A DNA stretch of 64,000 bases, from positions 10,953-74,952 of the forward strand of contig CAZTWV010000004.1 of assembly GCA_964618295.1 (NCBI GenBank), in the 5' to 3' direction. Positions within the stretch are counted from its first letter, which is position 1, and every line of letters starts with the position of its first letter. Shown here piece by piece: positions 56,998 through 64,000 of this stretch. Origin of the DNA: an uncultured Anaerolineales bacterium. Lineage in GTDB: Bacteria > Chloroflexota > Anaerolineae > Anaerolineales > UBA11858. The position numbers and the translations under genes were made by a program. The notes beneath the pieces are model-generated. The model was not told the origin of the DNA. It saw nothing but the letters and a program-made list of their open reading frames with translations, and did not search any database.

Positions 56998-58227
56998 TTA
57001 AATTATTTTGATAAAGCGTCTTTTTCCGACCTGGAGAATTCCTTTTTCCGGGAACTCCTGGTGCGGATCAGTTAATTTCTGATCATTCAAACGGACTGCG
57101 TTTTGTTTGACCATTCTCCGGGCTTGACTCCGGCTTTCTACCAGACCAGAGGAGTCCAGAACATCCAGGACTGTTTCCCCGGACTTTAACTCATATTCTT
57201 CCAGATCCTGCGGTGTGCCGTGTTTCTGGAAAACTTCAACGAATTCTCCCTTGGCCTGACCGGCTGCTTTTTCGCCGTGGTAAATGGATACAATTTCCGC
57301 TGCGAGATTCATTTTTGCATCTTTAGGGTGAAGCCGTCCTTCCGCTAGATCAGTTTCAAAGCTGGAAATTTGCTTGGGAGTCCATCTGGTTACCAGCCGG
57401 GAGTAGATCCCCATGGCTTTGTCGGGGATAGACATCAGTTTACCAAACATGTCGTTTGGATCCCCGGAGATTGGAATATCGTTACCCAGGGATTTACTCA
57501 TCCTGATTTCACCATCAGTGCCGGGCAGGATGGACATGGTAATCCCGATATTGGGTTTTTTGCCCATCGCAGTCATCAGTTTTCGGGCAGCGGTGACAAT
57601 GTTGAAAAGCTGATCGCTGCCTCCGACCTGCACATCTGCCTCCATGTGATAGGCATCATAGCCTTGCATTAATGCATAGAAAAACTCATGAAGAAAAATC
57701 GCATCCCCATTTTCAAATCGTTTTTTGAAATTGTCGCGGTTCAAAAACTGCTGGACAGTGAAATTTGCGCTGAGACGGATTACATCTTCAAAATTTAATT
57801 CAGAAAGCCATTCGGCATTGTGGAGAATGGTGGTTTTTCCTGGATCTAAAATCTTGAATGCTTGATCCGCATAGGTTTGCCCATTTTTCGCGACCTGTTC
57901 AGGGCTGAGCTGAGGACGGAGTTTATCCTTGTCGGACGGATCTCCAATCAGGGAGGTGAAATCTCCGATCAGGAAATATACATCGTGGCCCAATTCCTGG
58001 AATTGACGCAGTTTGCGCATGGTGACGGTATGGCCCAGGTGAAGATCCGGCGCAGTTGGATCATAACCGCAGTAAACTTTGAGCGGTCGGTTTTCAAGCT
58101 TGGCTTCCTGCAGGCGCTCTGTCAGCTCCTTTGCCATCGCTTTTCTCAGTTCTTGATCGCCGTAATCCGCTCCCTGCATCAGGTAAGCAACTTGTTCATC
58201 CAGGCTGAGCTTCTTGTTTTCAAGCAT
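56998..58227 (-). CDS. tyrS: Tyrosine--tRNA ligase
   Basis: HIGH-type motif (PDLHLGH), a KMSKS-type motif (RMSKSLGN), and a C-terminal S4-like domain. Confidence 0.9.
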   Translation of the reverse strand: MLENKKLSLDEQVAYLMQGADYGDQELRKAMAKELTERLQEAKLENRPLKVYCGYDPTAPDLHLGHTVTMRKLRQFQELGHDVYFLIGDFTSLIGDPSDKDKLRPQLSPEQVAKNGQTYADQAFKILDPGKTTILHNAEWLSELNFEDVIRLSANFTVQQFLNRDNFKKRFENGDAIFLHEFFYALMQGYDAYHMEADVQVGGSDQLFNIVTAARKLMTAMGKKPNIGITMSILPGTDGEIRMSKSLGNDIPISGDPNDMFGKLMSIPDKAMGIYSRLVTRWTPKQISSFETDLAEGRLHPKDAKMNLAAEIVSIYHGEKAAGQAKGEFVEVFQKHGTPQDLEEYELKSGETVLDVLDSSGLVESRSQARRMVKQNAVRLNDQKLTDPHQEFPEKGILQVGKRRFIKII

Positions 58228-58480
58228 AACTATCTCTCTTCTTCAATTCCAGTTATATAGTTAACACGCCCCCATCAGGGAGGCGTGGAAAGCAGTTGGG
58301 TCCGAATTTTTCCTGCGCCTGCTTGGCCGGGCCCCTTTTTCCAATCCGGTTTTCCAGATGGAATTTTGACACCTGCCGGGATCAAACTAAGTGGGAATCA
58401 TTATAACAAAAGACCGGATATTTCCCTATAGAATTAGAGCCGCTTTTCGAGCAGAATGAACTCTGTGGATTGGCTGAATT

Positions 58481-58512
58481 AAAAAAATGCGCCGCGGTTG
58501 AAAGCGGCGCAT
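58481..58512 (-). terminator. Rho-independent terminator after ileS
   Basis: On the minus strand: ATGCGCCGC-loop-GCGGCGCAT followed by T7. Confidence 0.85.
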
Positions 58513-58531
58513 TTTCTTTCAGGTCTGATTT

Positions 58532-61500
58532 CTATTTACTGACTCTTAACCCGAGCCTGACCTCTTCTCCCTCAAATTCACTGCTGCCGGTGAACATGTC
58601 CTGTTCTGGTTTTGCCTCAGTCAGCTCCAGGGCCAGGGTTTCTTCTTTGATATAAGCCTGATGCTCCTCAATCGCTTTTGCCAGTTCGGGGCTGGATTGG
58701 TAGTGAATGATGATTCGATCTGCGATATCAAAATCCGCCTGCTTTCGGAAGTCCTGAATCCGCCGTACCAGTTCGCGGGCCAGACCCTCAGCTTTCAAAG
58801 CAGGAGAAATTGTAGTTTCGATAGCGACGGTCAGCAATTTGCTGTCTACTGTGGATAGACCCTCTGCTGCCTCGGTTCGAATCATAACTTCATCAGGTTC
58901 CAACTCGAATTTGGTTTCACCGCTTTCAAGAACTACCTGTTCTCCGTCCTGAACCCTGGCAGCAATCTCATCCGGATTGGCACCAGCTAAGGCGTCCTTT
59001 ATTTGCGGAAAATCGCTCCCGTATTTAGGTCCCAGGAGCCGGTTGACTGGAAAGACTTTGAAGCTGACCAGGATTTCCGGGTCCTGTACAAATTCCAGGG
59101 TTTTGATGTTAAGTTCATCGGAAACGATTTCTACGAGTTCATCCGCCAGTTCAGCCCGACCCTGCTTGACATAGACAAGCACCTTGTCAAGGGGCTGGCG
59201 AACTTTGATACTTGCTTCACTCCGGGCACTGAGCCCCTGGCTGGCTGTATCTCTGGCAAGTTTCATCTGACTAATTAATTGTTGGTCAATGCTGTCCTGA
59301 TCTGTTTTTGGCCAGATTGTATGATGAACACTGAGATGAGCATCCAGAAACTGATCGGAGACCAGGTTCTGGTAAATTGTCTCAGTCAGGAATGGGGTAA
59401 TGGGGGCTAAAGCCCGGATCATTTTTACCAGAACATGCCATAAAGTGTGGTATGCAGCCTCTTTATCCGTGTCTGTCTCTGTTTTCCAGTAGCGCCTTCG
59501 CGAACGCCTGACGTACCAATTGCTGAGATCATCCAGCATAGTCTCAAAGATCTGGGTTGCTGTAAAGGCATCGGAGTTAGAGAGCTTTTCTGTAACCTGT
59601 TCAATTGTTTGATTAAGCCTTCCGAGAATCCAGCGGTCCAGCGGATTTTCCGATTTCGGTGTTGGACCTTCCGGGTGATCGGGGTCAAAATCATCAAGCT
59701 CAGGTCCCCAGCCATCAATCTCTGCATAGGTGGTGAAGAAAGAATAAACATTCCAAAATGGAATGATGAACCTGCGGCGGGTTTCCTCGGCCCGTTCATA
59801 ACCAAAGAGTAAATTGTTCTCGGGTTTGTGGGCGCAGTACAACCAGCGCATGACGTCCACACCCATTTTGTCGGCTGCTTCATTGAATTCAATCGCGTTG
59901 CCCCACGATTTGTGCATTTCCCGGCCGTCCTCTGCGTAGAGGCTGGCGTAGCTGAAATTTTCCAGGAAAGGAGGGGATTGATCCAATACGGTAGCCATTG
60001 CAAGTAAACTGTAAAACCAGTTCCGGAACTGGCCGGGGAAGGATTCGCTGATCCAATCAGCAGGATACCACTGCTCCCAGAAATCCCGGTTGGTGCGGTA
60101 CTGGAGGGTGGAGAAGGGTACGATTCCGGCGTCCAGCCAGGGATTGCCCACATCAGGCACGCGGTTCATCTGCCCCCCGCATTCCTTACAGTTCAATTTC
60201 ACTTCATCAATAAACGGCCGGTGAGGTGTATGCCCGGCAAGGGATTCATAGCCTTCCACAGCGCGTTCTTTGAGTTCTTTTTCGTCACCAATAACGTGGT
60301 AATGATCGCAATCCTCGCAGACCCAGATCGGTAAAGCCAGACCCCAATAGCGTTTTTTGGAGATCATCCAATCGTGCATATTCCTCAGCCAGTCCTGCTC
60401 CCGGGCATGTCCAAATTCTGGAATCCAGCGGATTTGATCAACAACATCCATAATCTGGTACCGCAGGCTTTCCTCTTTCTCTTCCTGGGTTAATTGGTCA
60501 CGGGGTTTATCGTAGTTTTGACCCATATTGATAAACCATTCATCTACCAGCCGGAAGACCAGTTCGGTCTTGCAGCGCCAGCAGGTTGGGTAACGGTGGG
60601 TGTAGGGCTCAATTTTGGAGAGGATGCCCTTCTTTTCCAGGCTGTCAAATATCGGATCAGCGACTTCGGATACATGCATTCCTGAAAGCCAATCAAACCC
60701 CTCCAGGAAATAACCTTCTTCGTCCAGGGGAGCAATTCTGGGCAGGACGTAGTCAAATGAAAGTTCAAAGTCCTCTGCCCCGCAACCAGGTGCGATGTGT
60801 ACAATCCCGGTTCCTTCTTCTTCCCCAACTTCATCCCACAGGATGACCTGGTGGGCTTCGACCGCATTGAGATGGATTCCTTCCCGGAGTTCCTTTAACT
60901 CGGTCACTCCACCTTCAGATTGGGAGGATGGCAATTCGTCAAATGGGCCGTCATAGGTCCAGCCTTCCATTTCTTTACCTTTGATCTCAGCAAGGATTGT
61001 GTACCCATCCTGGAGCATTCCCAGGGCTCCTTTGGAAAGATAAACAATTTCTTCCTGTTCTCCATCTAATTGAGCTTTAACATAGGTCAGCTCCGGACCG
61101 ACAGCTGCGGCAACGTTCGATGTCAGGGTCCAGGGTGTGGTGGTCCAGACCAGGAGGGATTCCCCGGGCCGATCCCGGAGTGGGAAGCGGAGCGTAACTG
61201 AGCGGTGGGTGAGTTCCGCATAACCGTCAGTGACAATTTCGTGCTGACTGATCGCAGTTGCACAGCGCGGACACCAGGGCATCACGTCAGCTCCCCGGTA
61301 AAGCCAGCCTTTTTCCCAGGTATTTTTCAGGAAGGTCCAGATCATGTAGTTGTTTTCATTTGAGAATGTGAAATAACTACCGCCTAACTCTGGCAGCCCC
61401 AGGCGTCCGATAATCTGCTCCACTGTGTCAGTAACCGGTCCTTCAGGACCATCAACGGTGATGATTTGGAGGGGATCTTCCAGGAGCTTGTCAGCCAGTT

Positions 61501-61957
61501 CCCGAAGCTGTTCCGGAGAATTCCAATCCATCCAGTATCCCAATCGTTGTGATTGGTCGGTTTGAACTGCTGCGAAGCGGAGCACACGGGCTTTGCATTC
61601 CCGAACAAAGCGGTCCAGCCCGTATTCCTCGATGTCCTTTTTTGAAGTAAAGCCTTTTTCCTTTTCAACCTCAACTTCAACCCACAATCCCTGGCAGTCA
61701 AAACCATTTTGGTAGCGGAGTTCCCGACCCTGCATGCTCCAGAAGCGGTTGAAAAGATCTTTGTAGCTCCGCCCCCAACCATGGTGGACGCCCATTGGAT
61801 TATTTGCAGTAATGGGGCCATCAATGAAAGACCAGTGAGGTTTTCCACGGTGAATCTCTCTTAATTTTTCAAAAGCCTGGTTTTCCTTCCAGAAATCCAG
61901 CACCTGGTGTTCATTTTTGATAAAGTCAAACTCATTCTCAGCTTTTTTGACTGTCAT
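58532..61957 (-). CDS. ileS: Isoleucine--tRNA ligase (long form, 1141 aa)
   Basis: GGAGGAAG RBS before ATG 61957. HIGH-like MGVHHGWG, editing-domain region, KMSKS-like EMHKSWGN. Preceded by a T-box with an AUC specifier. Confidence 0.9.
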   Translation of the reverse strand: MTVKKAENEFDFIKNEHQVLDFWKENQAFEKLREIHRGKPHWSFIDGPITANNPMGVHHGWGRSYKDLFNRFWSMQGRELRYQNGFDCQGLWVEVEVEKEKGFTSKKDIEEYGLDRFVRECKARVLRFAAVQTDQSQRLGYWMDWNSPEQLRELADKLLEDPLQIITVDGPEGPVTDTVEQIIGRLGLPELGGSYFTFSNENNYMIWTFLKNTWEKGWLYRGADVMPWCPRCATAISQHEIVTDGYAELTHRSVTLRFPLRDRPGESLLVWTTTPWTLTSNVAAAVGPELTYVKAQLDGEQEEIVYLSKGALGMLQDGYTILAEIKGKEMEGWTYDGPFDELPSSQSEGGVTELKELREGIHLNAVEAHQVILWDEVGEEEGTGIVHIAPGCGAEDFELSFDYVLPRIAPLDEEGYFLEGFDWLSGMHVSEVADPIFDSLEKKGILSKIEPYTHRYPTCWRCKTELVFRLVDEWFINMGQNYDKPRDQLTQEEKEESLRYQIMDVVDQIRWIPEFGHAREQDWLRNMHDWMISKKRYWGLALPIWVCEDCDHYHVIGDEKELKERAVEGYESLAGHTPHRPFIDEVKLNCKECGGQMNRVPDVGNPWLDAGIVPFSTLQYRTNRDFWEQWYPADWISESFPGQFRNWFYSLLAMATVLDQSPPFLENFSYASLYAEDGREMHKSWGNAIEFNEAADKMGVDVMRWLYCAHKPENNLLFGYERAEETRRRFIIPFWNVYSFFTTYAEIDGWGPELDDFDPDHPEGPTPKSENPLDRWILGRLNQTIEQVTEKLSNSDAFTATQIFETMLDDLSNWYVRRSRRRYWKTETDTDKEAAYHTLWHVLVKMIRALAPITPFLTETIYQNLVSDQFLDAHLSVHHTIWPKTDQDSIDQQLISQMKLARDTASQGLSARSEASIKVRQPLDKVLVYVKQGRAELADELVEIVSDELNIKTLEFVQDPEILVSFKVFPVNRLLGPKYGSDFPQIKDALAGANPDEIAARVQDGEQVVLESGETKFELEPDEVMIRTEAAEGLSTVDSKLLTVAIETTISPALKAEGLARELVRRIQDFRKQADFDIADRIIIHYQSSPELAKAIEEHQAYIKEETLALELTEAKPEQDMFTGSSEFEGEEVRLGLRVSK

Positions 61958-61969
61958 ACTTCCTCCATT

Positions 61970-62257
61970 AAAATAAAAACCCGTCCCAACTGGGACGAGA
62001 GTTATCACTCACGCGGTACCACCCGGATTCCCGCTGGTGTGCGGGCACTTAGCGGAGACAGAGCAGGACTTTCTCTGCTGAATCTCCCCACCCGGATAAC
62101 GGAAGGTGACACCGGATCCCTTACTGGCTAGCTGCGTTCAGTTCACGGCTCCGAAAGGATTTTCAGGCCTTGAGTTCTGACCCGGCTCGCACCTTATCCG
62201 GGATCGCTGACAGCCTCAGATGGCCTTACTCGTTTTCATCTCTGCCTGTAATGTATG
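61970..62257 (-). promoter_or_regulatory. T-box riboswitch leader (Ile specifier) with intrinsic terminator
   Basis: Read on the minus strand. Stem I elements: AGAGA/GA motif, AGUA, AGCGA bulge, GGUGCGA distal loop, and GAAA-AUC specifier (62160-62158). Downstream: F-box CCGUUA, T-box AAUCCGGGUGGUACCGCG (62029-62012), then an 8-bp hairpin CTCGTCCC/GGGACGGG plus a U-run. Confidence 0.85.
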
Positions 62258-62263
62258 GGGCTG

Positions 62264-62292
62264 ATTATGCCACAAAGGTTTTACACGGTCAA
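62264..62292 (-). promoter_or_regulatory. Putative promoter of the ileS T-box leader
   Basis: On the minus strand: -35 TTGACC (62292-62287), 17-nt spacer, -10 CATAAT (62269-62264). Confidence 0.5.
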
Positions 62293-62384
62293 CACTAAGG
62301 GAGTCATGCCTGGTTCCTGTGCTTTAGAGAGGTGGGGAAATGAAAGGATAGGATTGTTGCGCTGGAGCAAGCAGATCATACCCC

Positions 62385-62412
62385 TTGACAAATATTTAGA
62401 TTAGTCTAAAAT
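62385..62412 (+). promoter_or_regulatory. Putative promoter of the DtxR/MntR-like gene
   Basis: -35 TTGACA (62385-62390), 16-nt spacer, -10 TAAAAT (62407-62412). Confidence 0.55.
62395..62410. promoter_or_regulatory. DtxR/IdeR-box-like palindrome (TTTAGATTAGTCTAAA) inside the promoter spacer
   Basis: Arms TTTAGA/TCTAAA. Resembles half-sites of the TTAGGTTAGCCTAACCTAA iron-box consensus. Its position suggests autoregulation. Confidence 0.45.
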
Positions 62413-62439
62413 ATAATTTTGATTAAAATAAGGATTGAT

Positions 62440-63114
62440 ATGATGAAACCAAAGCTGTCAGATACTGTTGAAGATTACCTGAAAATTGTCTATAAGTTGA
62501 CTGCCGATCAGGATCGGGCCGGAACCGGGGAGATCGCAGAGGAACTCGGTGTAAATCCCGCTTCAGTTACTGATATGCTGCAGCGTTTGGCGGGAGAAGA
62601 GCCCCCACTGGTAGATTATATCAAGCATCATGGAGCAGCCCTCACCCCACAAGGCAAACAGGCGGCCCTGGAGATCATCAGGCATCACCGGCTGCTCGAA
62701 CTATTTTTACATGATGTACTGGGATATTCCTGGGACCAGGTTCATCTTGAGGCAGACCGCTTGGAGCATGTAATATCAGAACTGTTTGAAGAAAAAGTGG
62801 CAGAGTTTCTTGGTAACCCTGATCGGGGTTTGCACGGGGAACCTATTCCTTCCGCTTCTCTGGAAATGCCACGGGAAGAACGAGTTTTTCTGCATGATCT
62901 GCAGCCCGGACAAACCGGATTGATCCGCTCGGTGGAAGATGAGGATTCCGGTTTTCTCCGCTATCTGGAAGAGCAGGGTCTTGTGCCCGGTACCAGCTTC
63001 AAAGTGCTAGAGATTTCGCCGTATGATCAAACCCTGCATTTGCAGCTGGAAGGAAAAGAACAGAAAAATATTCTTGGAACAGGGGTTACATCCCGGATCC
63101 TGGTTGAGGTTTAA
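62440..63114 (+). CDS. DtxR/MntR-family metal-dependent transcriptional regulator with C-terminal FeoA/SH3-like domain
   Basis: N-terminal TVEDYLKIVYKL HTH region, then a dimerisation/metal domain (IIRHHRLLELFL...EADRLEH...HGEPIP). AAGGA RBS. Confidence 0.85.
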   Translation: MMKPKLSDTVEDYLKIVYKLTADQDRAGTGEIAEELGVNPASVTDMLQRLAGEEPPLVDYIKHHGAALTPQGKQAALEIIRHHRLLELFLHDVLGYSWDQVHLEADRLEHVISELFEEKVAEFLGNPDRGLHGEPIPSASLEMPREERVFLHDLQPGQTGLIRSVEDEDSGFLRYLEEQGLVPGTSFKVLEISPYDQTLHLQLEGKEQKNILGTGVTSRILVEV

Positions 63115-63150
63115 ATTATTTCGTGAAAATTAAAAGTTGAAAGGTGAATT

Positions 63151-64000
63151 ATGAATCCATTAACAGCATTACTTACAGGAAGTTTGATGCTTGGTTTGGC
63201 TGGAATTTTATTCTGGCCTGATAGAGGTATCTTCTGGAAGCTGCAGCAGCGGCTGCAGCTAACTGAGCGTGTTTTATTGGAAGATGCCTTGAAATATCTT
63301 CAGAAATGTGAAAGACACCAAAACCAGGCAACGATAGAAAGTATGGCAGGAGCGCTTTCAATCTCGGTCGATGAAGCATCTGATTTGATTGGAAAAGCTC
63401 AAACCCGGGGATTCGTCAGCATGAAAGGTAACACCTTTGAATTGACTGAACCTGGAAGGGAGGCAGCGGTCCAAATTATCCGGGCTCATCGTTTGTGGGA
63501 AAAATATCTGGCAGATGCTACGGGCTATGGGGAAGAAGAATGGCATCAGCGAGCTGAACGGCTTGAGCATTTTCTCACAGAGGAAGAGCTGGAAGAATTA
63601 TCTGCCCGGCTCGGGAATCCGACTCACGACCCCCATGGCGATCCGATTCCAACTGCTGGGGGTGAGATTGTCAGCCACGGGGGAATCCCTGTTACTGATT
63701 TGGAGGAGGGAGCTGCGGCCCGGATTGTCCATATTGAAGATGAACCGGATCTGGTTTATGCCCAGCTGATGGCAGAGGATATTCATCTCGGTCAAACTAT
63801 CGTTCTGGAAGAAAAATCAGCTGACCGGATCAGGTTTTGGGAAAATGAAAAAGAGCATATCCTGGCTCCGATCGTTGCCAGAAATATCTCTGTAGTTGAA
63901 CTGAAAACAAAACCGGAGTCTGAAACTAACAAAGCTCTGAGCCTGGACGAGCTGAAAACTGGACAGCGCGCAAAAGTTCTTGCGATTTCACCCCGCAGCC
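63151..64000 (+). CDS. DtxR-like regulator paralog with N-terminal hydrophobic helix and FeoA domains (partial, runs off window)
   Basis: Not in the ORF track because it is open-ended. My translation from ATG 63151 has no stop up to position 64000. It gives MNPLTALLTGSLMLGLAGILFW, IIRAHRLWEKYL...HDPHGDPIP, then FeoA-like segments. Confidence 0.7.
   Translation, partial: MNPLTALLTGSLMLGLAGILFWPDRGIFWKLQQRLQLTERVLLEDALKYLQKCERHQNQATIESMAGALSISVDEASDLIGKAQTRGFVSMKGNTFELTEPGREAAVQIIRAHRLWEKYLADATGYGEEEWHQRAERLEHFLTEEELEELSARLGNPTHDPHGDPIPTAGGEIVSHGGIPVTDLEEGAAARIVHIEDEPDLVYAQLMAEDIHLGQTIVLEEKSADRIRFWENEKEHILAPIVARNISVVELKTKPESETNKALSLDELKTGQRAKVLAISPRS

Noticed and set aside
1-64000. Search for tRNA, rRNA, CRISPR arrays, transposases, integrases, reverse transcriptases or recognisable defence-system genes
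   Set aside because: I found no T-arm/cloverleaf-like segments, regularly spaced direct repeats, terminal inverted repeats or hallmark enzyme motifs by eye. Their absence should be confirmed with tRNAscan-SE, Infernal, a CRISPR finder and defence-system HMMs.

Overview
The window reads as ordinary bacterial chromosome with no rRNA, tRNA, CRISPR array, transposase or integrase that I could recognise. It is densely coding, with about 60 CDS in long co-directional blocks and a roughly balanced base composition by eye. The gene content has a Gram-positive or Chloroflexi-like flavour (GatCA, T-box, an LPXTG signal, LiaX/PspC-type genes), but I cannot assign taxonomy from sequence alone.

Confident housekeeping calls:
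- glmS, gatC and gatA
- an acyl-CoA carboxylase operon (acyl-CoA dehydrogenase, carboxyltransferase, biotin carboxylase, BCCP)
- rsmG, recF and def
- a phosphohexomutase and kynureninase
- tyrS, and ileS with a T-box leader
- a DtxR/MntR-type regulator

Accessory content worth a second look:
1. A tightly coupled 7-8 gene minus-strand operon (44.3-52.3 kb) of uncharacterised envelope proteins. It is built around a GlmL/MutL-like actin-fold ATPase and a zinc-ribbon protein with a sevenfold acidic PxW(L/V) motif. This is my best candidate for an undescribed system.
2. A DUF2089/DUF4097/PspC-type cluster in which four consecutive proteins carry the same SHOCT-like helix.
3. Three tandem LysM + LasA-like M23 lipoprotein paralogs.
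4. Two adjacent conserved genes each broken by a single in-frame stop codon.
5. A tandem pair of 4-TM paralogs with opposite K/R bias.
6. A duplicated palindromic operator upstream of an AhpD-like gene.
7. An 11-nt poly-C tract inside a surface-protein gene.

All functional calls come from motif recognition by eye. No database search was run.
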